64,000 nucleotides of DNA, from assembly GCF_006345805.1 (NCBI RefSeq), contig NC_043015.1:434001-498000 (forward strand), read 5' to 3'. This DNA comes from Octopus sinensis (taxonomy: Eukaryota). A program made the position numbers and the translations under genes. Below are positions 12,234 to 25,524 of the stretch, piece by piece; within the stretch, counting starts at the first letter, position 1, and every line of letters begins with the position of its first letter. Under the pieces are notes generated by a model that saw nothing but the letters and a program-made list of their open reading frames with translations, was not told where the DNA came from and did not search any database.

Positions 12234-12560
12234 TCCAGTAATATATATTTACCTTGTCTTGCAGCTCGCAGTAGAAAATGTAGGATAAACTGGTACAGAA
12301 ATCCTCGGAGCAAATAAGAATAACTAAAAAAATACCAAGAAAACCACTGATCTAAAACAAAAGGCTAGTAATATACATGAAGAGCTAACCCTTACCTCCA
12401 GTAATATATATTTACCTTGTCTTGCAGGACGCAGTAGAAAATGTAGGATAAACTGGTACAGAAATCCTCGGAGCAAATAAGAATAACTAAAAAAAATACC
12501 AAGAAAACCACTGATCTAAAACAAAAGGCTAGTAATATACATGAAGAGCTAACCCTTACC
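12234..12560. repeat. Tandem duplication, 163/164-bp unit
   Basis: Units start at 12234 and 12397 and differ by one A-run indel and two substitutions. Confidence 0.95.
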
Positions 12561-13269
12561 TTCACGGTTCTACTAATAATCCCGGAGATGAAAAATAGGT
12601 TTTAGGGAGTTAGTGATTTCAATTATATTTTAGTTGTTTCAGCCATTTAAAGGTAACCATGCTGGAGTATCGCATTATATTATATTATAGTCGGTCAAAA
12701 TATCACCAGTACTTGTTCAAAGTTTAATACATATCATATTGATCTCTTAAGCGGAAACCCTGATTTTGCGTGTTCGTAACTAAATCAACACTAGCTGTGA
12801 AGCAATAGGAAGGCACAAACACAGACACAAACGCATGCACAGACGCGCACACAGACACACAAACACACATACACATACCATATTTTGTTGCTTTGAACTA
12901 CCATGAAGTAGTCTGAAGCTTAGTGTGTGGAATTTTCAGCACATAACTATATATGGCTGCATATAATTATTTATATGTATCTTTATATACGTACGAATGA
13001 TGATGTAATATCTGCTTTATAACTATTATGAAACAGCTGTAAACTAACAAACTGAAGATATAGAGTCAAAATTAAAAGAGGAGGAGTTACCACCATCCTT
13101 TGTATATTAACCAAAATGAAGTAGATTGACAAATTTATTTTTTGAACTAGTTGAAAACACACAAGATGTGGAAATGTCGTTCACCATATAACTATGGCAC
13201 TCTTAACAAGATACGTAGAGTTTCATGATTAATCAAAATATAACATCAAACCGATACAATAATTAATAT

Positions 13270-13930
13270 ATCATGTGATGCAGGAAGAATAGCGAGAATG
13301 GGTTTTTGTTAGTGTTAATATGCTCTCGCAGATTTGAACATGAAAATCTTAGCGTTGTTTCCCCACACAACGAATTTACTTTTAAAGAATAGAATTTAAT
13401 ATCTACAATTTTCAAAATAATGCTCCTCTTTTTAAAACGATTCTTCAAAATTGTAATACTTGAAAATACACCCCTTGCAGAAATATCAGAATGATTATGG
13501 AAACCCGGTTTTTGAAAACATAACTTATTGTTAACGAAAGTAATAGCTGGACAGATGAATTGGTAAGAATTGGTAACAGCATTATAAATCGAAACACAAA
13601 CTTACTAATCTATAACATCATCTGATTTGAAGTTAGTTTTAAAACCGCTTCGAGGTCAGAACTGAAGGAATTGGAGACAGCACTTCCTCTTGGCATTTCT
13701 CATTTCATTTACTTCAACATTCGAACATCAGCCATAGTTTTAGCTGTTTTCAATAACACGATTTTTCCCAGTTCGTAAGCTTTTTAACAGCAAACCTTAA
13801 ATCAGATATTGTAATACTTTGCATAAGATAGCTTTCCGTGTTGCTATGTAATCCTCTTTCCAACCATAGAAGTTGATATACTTAGCTCCGCTTTCAAACT
13901 TGGCTTTCAAAATGGTTTTAATGATACTTT
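13270..13930 (-). pseudogene. Highly decayed pogo/Tigger-like transposase fragment
   Basis: Weak motifs (LKNRF...NSLCGET) resemble the CENP-B-type HTH to DDE junction; many stops. Confidence 0.3.
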
Positions 13931-14645
13931 AGTGGATATCTTATCAAATCTGATTTTTTTACACCTTAACTTTCGAAAAATTTTACTGATGCCTGACAAG
14001 AGTAAGGATCTAACAGTACCGCTCTTCTTGAATATTGTTCTGTATTATAAGTGTATCCCACCGAAGGTAATCTTGCATTTTATCTTTTCGAGGATTTTCA
14101 ATCGAAGTACCAGTCATTTACTGGGAGCAATTAAATCGACCTAGTCCGCTCATAAATTATATGACATTAAAATTTCTATCAATTAATCCAATGCCGCTGA
14201 GATGTACGTTGCATTTCATCCTCTCCGGGTCGAAAGCATAAAGTACCAGTTAAATACGGTGTCGAAGAGTGGTGTTGTTGTTGTTATTATCATTATTATA
14301 ATCAGCAGCAGCATCCTCACCACCACCATTAGCAGAATTTCTCGAGCACCGCAAAAGTGCATACCTGCATATATTTTGCCTCATCACGTTCTGGGCTCAA
14401 AATCTGCCGTTCTCAACTTTACCTTTAATCCTTACATCATCCATAAATTAAAGTACCTGTCAAGTACATGGGTCGTGGAAAAAGTTGTACGAGATAGAAA
14501 TATATATATGCGTACTAAATGCTGAACATACCAAAAACAGAGCACAAAAGACCCCTCATTTTACACAATGGAGTATATAAATATAACTTATATAGTTGCA
14601 GTTTCATCCATATATATATATTGCAGCTTTAATAAAAAGTATACA

Positions 14646-14842
14646 GACGCAAGCATGGCTGCATTGCTGTGTGGTAAGAAGTTTGCTTTCCCACCACATC
14701 GATCAGGGTTCAGTCCCAATGTGTGGCACGTTAGGCAAGTGTTTCTACTATAGCTGCGGGCCGACCAAAGCCTTGTAAGTGGATTTGGTAGATGGAAACT
14801 GAAAGAAGCCCGTCATATTATATATGTATATATATATATATG

Positions 14843-14902
<60 letters not shown>

Positions 14903-15134
14903 TATGTGTGTATTTATGTCTTTCTGTTTGTGTTTGTCACCCTGCCATCGCGTGACAACCGATGTCGGTGTGTTTACGTCCCAGTAACATAGCAGTTCGG
15001 CAATTGAGATCGATAGAATAAATACTAAGATTACCAAGAATATAATCTGGGGTTGATCATTTCGACTAAAAAATCCTTTAAGGCGGTGCTCCAGCATGAC
15101 CGCAGTTAAATGACTGAAACAAAAGAATACAAGA
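14646..15134 (+). mobile_element. Family C SINE, full length, (TA)n core
   Basis: Head GCTGTGTGGTAAGAAG...GGGTTCAGTCCC, CORE-like GGCACGTTAGGCAAGTG, tail GGCGGTGCTCCAGCATGACCGCAG...TGACTGAAAC. Confidence 0.85.
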
Positions 15135-15408
15135 ATATATACATATGTGTGTGAGTGTATGTGTGTGTGTAATTATGTAAGTAATGTATATAATTTTGTC
15201 ATATGGATTGTTAAAAATCAAAACACATTAATATGCAGGATGCCAGGGATGGCTAGATACGATAACATAGAACTCACGTTGAAATAAACAATATTTATAT
15301 ATATTAGGGTAGAGACTGTATGCTCCTTCGTTGAAAGAAAACATGCCTAGAATTACTAGAGCAAGGAATGATTGTGGTGGTGATTTTCGGAGTCAGTCAT
15401 AAGAAGTA

Positions 15409-15918
15409 CGGTAAATCCTCGAGTATAGTCCGCCCTTGAGTATAATACGCAGGGAATTTTTAGGAGGTTGTACCTCTGAAAAACCTAAACCTTGTGTATA
15501 ACACGGACCCCTTCTCTAACTTCAGTCAAGGAAGTCTATATAACGTCCTTGGTTTGTAAAACTGTATACGGTAACGTACTTTATTATTATTGTATATATA
15601 ACATAACGCAAACGAGTAGATTTTTTCTGCATTTTGTTTCCAGAAAATAAAGAAATAACAGTAATAACAGTAATAACGTTTAATAAATGTTGCTTACTGC
15701 AAGTTATGGATGATTTCATTGCTTTCGGGTTTAGCTTAAGGTATTTTCGCTCCCGACATCACAAAATGTGTCTGAATAAACATTGTCGGACAGCAAATAG
15801 AGACTCGGATATTGCTTAGAAAATATTTTTCATATTTAACATCGTATATAGTACGCACTAGGGATTTTGGCTTTTAAATTTTTGTGGGGAAATGCGGATT
15901 ATACTCGAGGATTTACGG
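15409..15918. mobile_element. Tc1/mariner-superfamily MITE, 510 bp
   Basis: 25-bp TIRs C(G/C)GTAAATCCTCGAGTATA(G/A)TCCGC with two mismatches; TA on both sides (15407-15408, 15919-15920); second copy at 31825. Confidence 0.85.
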
Positions 15919-16599
15919 TATAGCCTATTGAAACATTATATGCGGCATTCGAAAACACATAAGCAAAATGATAGTGCTACGCCGATCTTCAATTCAGCTG
16001 TGATTCTGGTGACCCAAGGCTAAAGGTTTGTTGATCATGGTCATCTGCATTTTTAATGCAGGCATGGTATACCTAGAGCTACTCTATGTTAATAACACTA
16101 GTCCTACTTCTGTGAGGCGATTACTGTGGGAAAATTTCCAGCATTATTCAGGAACAAGTAACTATATAAATGCTACCACGTTGTGTCACACACACACAAA
16201 AGACAAGAATCTAGGATAATAGTATGGTGGTGATAGTATTGGTGATATTCGTGGTGGTCGTGGTGGTCGTGGTGGTAATGGCGATGGAGGTGGGTATATT
16301 GTTGATGTTGTGATAATGGTGTTTGTAGTGATAATTTTCGGAGAAGCCACATGATAGATTTAAGAAACTACGTTTTAAGTACTACTCAACGTATCTAACT
16401 TCTCTAATATTTCCTAAAGCTTTCTGTATTTTTTGTTATTTTATCGCCAAGCAAGAAAGATTCAACACGATATATGCTCGCGGATCTGATTGAGAGGAAT
16501 TGACGAATCTAAGCTTTTGCTTCTGAGATAATATCGAGTTGTAGAAGCATACACACAGACATATGTGTTTGTGTATGTATGCATATATACACACACATA

Positions 16600-17160
<561 letters not shown>

Positions 17161-17745
17161 ATAATTTATACTTTTATACATTGTTATTTACTTTCCTTAA
17201 GGAATTGTATTCGAAACATCAATATTATTTTGTTTTTATTTCGTTTTCATTTCATTATTTGTTTCTTCGTTTATTTCTTCTCATTAATTGAGGTCAAAAC
17301 ATATCGAATTATAAGATCGGAGGGCAAGGTGTATGGGTGAGCGAATACTTTTTTCTTTTCTTTTCTTATTTTATTTATTATAGTATTTATGATTTAATAT
17401 TTCTTTATTAGGTTTGTACAATCGCATCAAAGCTGTATTAATCGTGCTTTTCTCTTCAGGTTGTGGATTAAGAAAACGAGGATTAAGAGAAGACAATATT
17501 TGATAATATTTCCTCAAACAATTTTCCTCAAAAATAAATATTATGATTAAGAAAAATAAATAAAATAAATATCAGCTCCAATAAAAAGTCAATAAAAAAC
17601 CCAATATTTTTATTATATATATTCTTGTTATATTCTTTTTATACGTTTAGTTTAATTTCCTGTTTTTTTTCTCTTATTTTTTCCTCTGCTCACTTTCTGT
17701 GCACACATATACGTGGAGAGTTATACATACATGTGTGTGTTTAAA

Positions 17746-17777
<32 letters not shown>

Positions 17778-18489
17778 CTATGTATGTATGTACGTATGTA
17801 TGTATGTATGTATGTATGTATGTATGTATGTATGTATGTATGTATATATGTATGTATGTATGTGTGTGTGTATATATATAAATGTATGTATGTATAATTG
17901 TATGTGTGTTTGAGCATGTATGGAACCGTTAATCCAGACATTTTTCTCCGTTTTCTTTCCTTATTACTTTCCGTCAAAGAGCATATGCACGAATCGTCAA
18001 CAGCTTTTCCAATTATCTTGAGCGTCAAAATAATACGCAGTGTTTGTTTTACTATTACCTGTCCCTGTCTACTGTGTCTTGTACATTTAACTAAATGAGT
18101 GCACTTGCACTTTCTCTCCCGCTTCCAGAATTACTAGGAATATTTTACTAGGAATATATTTTAATCGTTTTACACCGCTGTCATGGGTGCAAAATTATAA
18201 AAGTGTCATGAATGAATTCAACCGTTACAATGTGAAGTAATACATTGTATATTATAAATTAGCAACATTAGAGGCATGTAGTCAATATAAAAAGAAAGAA
18301 ACCTGTTGACACTTGCTGAACGACCACAAAATTCTACTCGTGGGAATGCATCTTCGTGGGAATGCATCTTCGTCAAGAAATGCAATACATACATAGATAC
18401 ATACATCTACAGCTAGTCTATCCAGGTTACAAGTTCATACCTATACTTGTAATTACTGGTAACATACTGCCTAAATACCTATCTTGAGA

Positions 18490-18590
18490 ATGTTGACCTC
18501 GGCGGAATTTAAACTCAGAACGTAGCGGCAGACGAAATACTGCCAGGCATTCGCCCGGCGTGCTAACGTTTCTGCCAGCTCATCGCCTTA
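18490..18590 (-). mobile_element. Family M SINE 5' fragment
   Basis: Reverse complement of the head and B-box. Confidence 0.8.
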
Positions 18591-19164
18591 GATACACGAA
18601 TATATTGAAAGAAATATGTTATCTGTAAGTCAACATGATTAATAAATGATATATCCATATTAATATAACATTATATGTATTGTGTGTATATGTCTGTGTG
18701 TCTGTGTGTTTGAATGTAGTTAAATATGTAAAAATATATAAATACGGACATATATAAGTATATCTAAAGAAAACTAAAATTGATAAATATCCGTACGGCA
18801 CTGAGACAATCGCAATATTAACCCTATGTATACTTCGGCCGTATATCACAGATAACATTGTCAATGTGCTGGGTATAATCCTGGCAGCTACATTATTTAA
18901 CGCATTAATTTCTCTTTATATATCACAATGGAATTCAGGAGTCGTATATAAGCTCTTAACCGCGTATATCTGACATTGTGACATGCAACTTAGATAGTAT
19001 TAGATGTATCCTATGATGATGCATTGCCCTTCGTCATACGAAGATTAAATTCAATAAATTGTCTGACATTTAAAGATGAACTCTCCTTCAGTACATTTGT
19101 AATTTTTCATCAAATTATGGTCATGTATCGCAATGAAAACTTTCATAATATAAACATGCTCCCT

Positions 19165-19962
19165 AAGGCGGTGAGCTGGCAGAAACGTTAGTACGCCGGG
19201 CGAAATGCATAGCCGTATTTCATCTGCCGTTACGTTCTGTGTTCAAATTCCGCCGAGGACGACTTTGCCTTTCATCCTTTCGTGGTCGATAAATTAAGTA
19301 CCAGTAACGCAATGGGGTCGATATAATCGACTTAATCCGTTTGTCTGTCCTTGTTCGTCCCCTCTGTATTTAGCCCCTTGTGGGTAGTACAGAAATATGT
19401 ATTTCGTCTGTCGTTACGTTGTGAGTTCAAATTCCGCCGAGGTCGAATTTGCCTTACATCCTTTCGGGGTCGATAAATTAAGTACCAGTTACGCACTGGG
19501 GTCGATGTAATCGACTTAACCCCTTTCTCTGTCCTTGTTTATCCCCTCTGTGTGTAGCTCCCTGTGGGCAATAAAGAAATAAGAAACGTTAACACGCCGG
19601 AGAAATGCTTAGCGGATTTCGTTTGTATTTACGGTCTGAGTTCAAGTTCCGCGAGGTTGACTTTGCCTTTCATCATTTCGAGATCGATAAATTAAGTACC
19701 AGTTGCGTACTGGAGTTGAGCTATCCGGCTGGCGCCATCCCATTAAATTTCTGGCCTTGTGCCTAGAGTAGAAAAGGTGTTAGCACGCAGTGCTTAGCGG
19801 GATTTCGTCTGTCTTTACGTTCTGAGTGTAAATTCCGCCGCGATCAACTCTGCCTTATATACTTTCAGGGTCGATGAATTAAGGACCATTTGCGTACTGA
19901 TATCGATCTAATCGACAGAACCAAGCCGCAAAATTTTGAGCTTTGTGTCTAGAGTAGAAGGA
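19165..19962 (+). mobile_element. Family M SINE compound array (two tail-A bodies, then two tail-B copies)
   Basis: Bodies at about 19214 and 19398 end in AGAAATA; later copies end in ...TTGTG(C/T)CTAGAGTAGAA. Confidence 0.85.
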
Positions 19963-20194
19963 TTTGATTTCACTACATATATATCTCATTACTAACAAGT
20001 GATCCACAGGCATATATACGCCTCGGGTTTAATTTATCAAAAAAAGGGTCCCAATTTGAACCGTGTTCAGACAATGAACACTTCTTTAAACAAGACGCCT
20101 GATGGCACTCGGATACCGTATTAAACTAATTTGAATTTAGTGACAAAAATTTAAAGGTAAAAACTTGGTTCTCAAAAGATGTCGCTATATTAGT

Positions 20195-20460
20195 CGGAAA
20201 ATATATGTTTGTGTGTATGTGGATATGTTTGTGTGTATGTGGATATGTTTGTGTGTCTGTCTTTGTCCTCCCCCACCATTGCTTGAGAATGTTGGTGCGT
20301 TTACGTCCCCGTAACTTGGCGGTTCAGCAAAATGGACGGATAGAAGAAGTGCCAGGATTAGAAAGAGTAAGTCATGGGGTCCATTCGTTCGACTAAAGGT
20401 GGTGCTGCAGCATGGTCGCAGTCAAATGACTGAAACAAGTGAAAGAGGAAAAGAGTAAAA
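20195..20460 (+). mobile_element. Family C SINE 3' half
   Basis: CGTTTACGTCCCCGTAACTT...TGACTGAAACAAG. Confidence 0.8.
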
Positions 20461-20529
20461 AATCAACGACTATAGGTGCAAGTGGTCTCATAATACGACT
20501 GCAAGTTCATCTTGGAGTACATATTCGTC

Positions 20530-20755
20530 CTTGCATCCTACATAAATATTGAGTGTTTTGTTCAGAGACGCCACTGCATAGTGCCAAGGACTCCAAATTT
20601 GCCATCAAGATGTAGGACAAGATACTGTGATAGCCTGGGCTTCCGAGGCCCACAGCTCTTCAATATCATCCCGAAGAATCTAAGAGACCTGCATGGGGTG
20701 GATGCAGATGTCTTTAAAATAAAACTGGATCTCTTCTTGTCAGGTATATCAGATA
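20530..20755 (+). pseudogene. CR1/L2-group LINE ORF2 C-terminal fragment
   Basis: HCIVP...DSLGFRGPQLFNIIPKNLRD...FKIKLDLFLSGISD is a typical LINE ORF2 3' motif (xLFNxLP...FKxxLDxFLxxxPD). Confidence 0.65.
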
Positions 20756-20776
20756 TAAAGATATATATGTATATAT

Positions 20777-20828
<52 letters not shown>

Positions 20829-20929
20829 AATACACGCACACGCTAACTCAAACCTACATACAAATATATGTGTAGGCGCATGAACGTGGACGCAGATACA
20901 CACATGTATGCTGTATATATGTATGCATC

Positions 20930-20986
<57 letters not shown>

Positions 20987-21150
20987 CATACACACAAATA
21001 TAAAATACAGAACACATGCATGCACACATACATGCAACGCACACATATATTAATATATAGATATATTTATGCACGCATACGCAAATATATGCGTATGTGT
21101 ATGTACGAGTGCGTATATACAAATTTATAAATGCACGTAAATATACATGC

Positions 21151-21229
<79 letters not shown>

Positions 21230-21230
<1 letters not shown>

Positions 21231-21560
21231 CATAAGGGACTAAAGCCATCTGAATATGGCTAGGGACAGGGCAGGGTGGTGGGAGTGTTACTGTTGCATT
21301 TAGCCCCAGGCGAACATCGACGTCGCCAGATAGGCTTGACACCATCACGGTGTCCTTTAACCTGCAAAGGGAGATAATTCCCCGATGAAGCGGAAACCAC
21401 ACACGGACCATGGTTTCAAGGTGTATTGCCTATCGGACACCGTGATGGTGTCAAGCCTATCTGGCGACGTCGATGTTCGCCTGGGGCTAAATGCAACAGT
21501 AACACCCCCACCACCCTGCCCTGTCCCTAGCCATATTCAGATGGCTTTAGTCCCTTATGT
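21230..21560. repeat. Long inverted repeat (126-bp arms, one mismatch, 79-bp spacer)
   Basis: 21230-21355 is the reverse complement of 21435-21560 except GGGAGTG versus GGGGGTG. Confidence 0.97.
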
Positions 21561-21849
21561 TATCGGGCAGTTACTGTCTATATCTCTTTTAGAGAATTAT
21601 TATTGCTATATATATATATGTATACATATATATACATGCATACATATATGAACACTCACACACACAGATATACACACATACACATATGTTGTAGACAAGA
21701 ACAGAGAGATGGACTAAATATTTAATCGCAAAGCACGGAGTGTGTATTTTAATTAAGCAAAGGTAGAAAAATACCTTCACGCCTCACAGACAACGGTTAA
21801 ATACGGAGCTAAATTGTATAAATATATTAATTAGGTTTTTTTCCTCAAT

Positions 21850-22099
21850 TCACAACCTTCCCACCGGTCTCCCTTCCACAAATTCATCATAATCTTCATT
21901 ATCGGCGTTGTTGTAGTTATAGTCGTCGATTTCATCATCATCATCATCACCATCCTCATCATCATCATTAACACATTCATCGTCATTATCATCACCCACC
22001 ACCACCACTACCACTACCACCACCGCAACGATTATAATGCACACGATACTAATCTAAATTGCAATCGTCTTCGTCACCGCCGACATCATTTATAATCAC

Positions 22100-22139
<40 letters not shown>

Positions 22140-22355
22140 TTCATCAGCGTCAACATCATCATCAGTATCATCGTCGTCCTCGGTGGTGGCCGCGGCGGCG
22201 TCTTCATCATCATTAACATTATCGCCATCTCTACATCCACTGCATTAACATAGTCATTATCATCATCATCATCATCATCATCATCATCGTCATCATCATC
22301 ATCATCATCATCATCATCGTCATCACCATCATCAGTATTATCATCACCATCATCG

Positions 22356-22396
<41 letters not shown>

Positions 22397-22530
22397 CTTC
22401 TCGTCTTCCTCCTCCTCCCCTAACTCTCCCACCTCATCCATCTAATCATCATAGCCATCATCCTCATCGTTATCATCATAATCATCATCATCACCATCAT
22501 CATCATCACTACCATCACCATCATCATCAT

Positions 22531-22563
<33 letters not shown>

Positions 22564-22567
22564 AATC

Positions 22568-22598
<31 letters not shown>

Positions 22599-23400
22599 CT
22601 ATCATCACCATCATCACCATCATCATCATCAACAACAACATCATCATCACCTCTGTCAAATTCAGCGGCAGCAGCAGCAGCAGCTACTTCATCGTCCAAG
22701 ATAACATCACCATTAATTTATCTCCACCATCTTTACCCCCAGTACATATACTGCAACCGTGTGCCCCCATCCTCTCTTTTATCATCGAAACCACCCCGTT
22801 TGTACTTATCACCACCCATGGCTCCGCTACCACCGATATTACCATTGTTACCATCAAATGTTTCATTACCGTTATCACAATGAACATCGTTTTCCTCAAC
22901 ACCACAACCACCACCACCACCACCACCACCACCCGGAGCCAACACCATCAGCGGCACCATGTCTACCAAACACCACTGCTATAATCCTACTACTAACACC
23001 ACTTGCAATGCTAGAAACCTTGACATCATCATCCTCATCATCCTCATCATCCTCATCATCATCATCATCATTCTCATCATCATCATCATCCTCATCATCA
23101 TCATCATCCTCATCATCATCATCATCATCTGAAATCAAGTAACACGACCACGGTCAACCAAAGCTATAATCCTCATCGTCGTCGTCATCATCATCAACGT
23201 CGTCGTCGTCATCTTCCTCTCCTCCTCCTCCTCATCATCGTCGTTGTCATCATCATGATCATCATGATCATCGTCGTCATCATTATCAGCATAAGCACCT
23301 TCACTATCATCATCATCATCATCATTATCATCATGACTATCATCATCATCATCGTCGTCGTCATCATCATCAACATCATCATCATCATCATCATCTCCGC
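21850..23400. repeat. (CAT/CAC/CGT)n degenerate trinucleotide region
   Basis: Directly visible; more complex core at about 22650-23020. Confidence 0.9.
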
Positions 23401-23934
23401 CACATAAACAACATATTTTTTGTAGTCAAAAACAATTTGTTTCTTCCTTTCCCTTCTTCATTTCTACGTTTAGCTCTGTGCTCTCAGGTGGAACTCTTCT
23501 TAAATGAAAATTTCTCGAACAAGCCATGCGTGTTACAATGGTCCATTTACTACACAACATCTGAACGTATGTTTACTCTTAGCCTATGCCACCCCCGGGT
23601 ATATATACCCCCAAATCATACGCTGATACTTGTATATTTAGTTTATTCCCACCTATCATTTCCACTAAAATATGTATCTTTTCGTCCTCCTTTCTGACGC
23701 ATTCTAACAACTGCTACGTTCATATACATGCATGTATGTATGCGTGTATGTGAGGGCGGGCGTGTGTATGTGTGTGCGTATGTAGATGTGTATGTTTGGT
23801 GACACAAACACGAAAAAATGGAACAAACGTGAGTATACAATTTATATAGTATGGAGTTGGATAAGTACTAACGCACGAAACTCTCGATCCTTGTGCGTGT
23901 GTCTCTTCCTTCCTTGGACCTTTCCATTTCCTTT

Positions 23935-23969
23935 GTTTCTGACGAAGAGCTCTGCTCGAAACGTCAAAT
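23935..23969 (+). ncRNA. Minimal type I hammerhead ribozyme motif
   Basis: GTTT-CTGACGA-A-GAGC(TCT)GCTC-GAAAC-GTC-AAAT: full CUGANGA and GAAA core, 4-bp helix II, GUC cleavage triplet, short helix I. Activity untested. Confidence 0.7.
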
Positions 23970-24086
23970 CCTTTCTTTCCTTTGTTGAGCGTCCAATAAT
24001 GCTACACTTGTTCCACGTCCTCGCGTTGTTGTGTTTTTTCTTTGTGTTTTCATGTTTGGATTAACTTTATATATATATATATATAT

Positions 24087-25524
24087 AGTCTATTCTACAG
24101 ATTACCTAAAATACAAAAAACTCTACATATTTGTAAAGCTTGCAAAGTTTCTCCAAGCCTATGCATTAATGTCCCTCCCCCTAATGACCTCAAACTGAGA
24201 CACATCATTGCTGGTCCTGCTTGGGAAACCCAACGTTTGAGCAACTTCCTCGGCATCTTACTCAAACCGTTTTTGAAATATGTGAAAAGCTTCATCAGGG
24301 ATGATTTAGACATACTTAACCACCTCCCGAAGACAATAAATGAAGGAACCCTGTTAGTATCAATCGATGTGGTAAATTTGTACACCAATATCCCATACGA
24401 TAATGGTATAGAAGCAATCCTCTTCTAGCTAAAAAAATACCCAGAGCAGATCCCAGGACGCATCAACCACAGATTCATAATCACTGCGCTGAAATTCACC
24501 CTACTGAACAAACTATTTCATGTTTGATACAGTCCACTATCGACATAAATGTGGTCTTGCGATGGGAACCCGAGCTACCCCAGTGATCGCGAACCTTGTA
24601 ATGGGTTACCTAGAACTTAAAATATACCAGTCATCACTACAAAAATATGGCAGCTCATTTCATTGCTATTTAAAGGAGAACTGGAAAAGTTATTTGGATG
24701 ATTGCTGTATACTTTGGAAAGACAACATGGACAAACTCCTCGAGTTCAAATAATGCTTAACAATATTAATAGCAACCATAGAGCACTGCAGTAAACAACT
24801 CCCTTTTTTTGACATCCCAATGAAAGTAGTCGATAACCACATCGAAACAGACATCTTCTACAAACCCACAGATTCTAAGTAATACATAGTATTCAACTCA
24901 TGCCACCTCAAACACATAGAAATTAATATATCGTATAATCTAGTGAAAAGAATCTTTATCATTGCTTCGGATTCCTATACTCGTGAACGAAGATCCATTA
25001 CATGAATAGTAATCAAAAGCCATAACCCAACATCATTAATAAATGATGGCAATTCATGAGCTAAGAAAATAGATATAAGAACATTAAGGGAAGTCAACCG
25101 AAATACTACACCAGGCTTAAAAATACTCCCATATATCTCCACATATAACCCCACATTTTGGAGGCGTTCAGAGTTCCACTTTAAACACGGTAAAATATTT
25201 AAGATTAAATCAAATTTCACCTGTACCCTGGAAAATCTAATCTATGCCAATACATGCTTAGGGTGTAGTAATCTTTATATTGGCCAAACAGGAATATCAC
25301 TCCGTCGAAGAACCACTCTCCAGAAAGAACAAATCAGCCACCCACAATACAGAGGGATACAGGTCAGTGAGCACATAGAAAGGTGTTCTAGGAAACTTAA
25401 TCCAAATTTCCTAATTTTCCCCTTCTATCAATGTTCACAGAACACCTCAGTACAACAAAGAATGAATAAAGAGGGAACGTTCATCAATAAATATCTTCCA
25501 AAACACAATTTAAACACCACTTAA
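24087..25524 (+). pseudogene. 5'-truncated Penelope-like retroelement (RT plus C-terminal GIY-YIG, Neptune-like), with stops and frameshifts
   Basis: YRLPKIQK; LVSIDVVNLYTNIP; CGLAMG..ANLVMG; WKSYLDDC; FNSCHLKH; FTCTLENLIYANTCLGCSNLYIGQTG...VSEHI; stop at 25522-25524. Confidence 0.9.

Noticed and set aside
16058-16152. Plus-strand exon-like segment (ATGCAG|...|GTAACT); also 29415-29449
   Set aside because: Splice-like signals only, with no recognisable protein; such motifs are frequent by chance in AT-rich DNA.
21385-21420. CCGATGAAGCGGAAACCA...TGGTTTC in the inverted-repeat spacer as a hammerhead
   Set aside because: No helix II and no helix I pairing.
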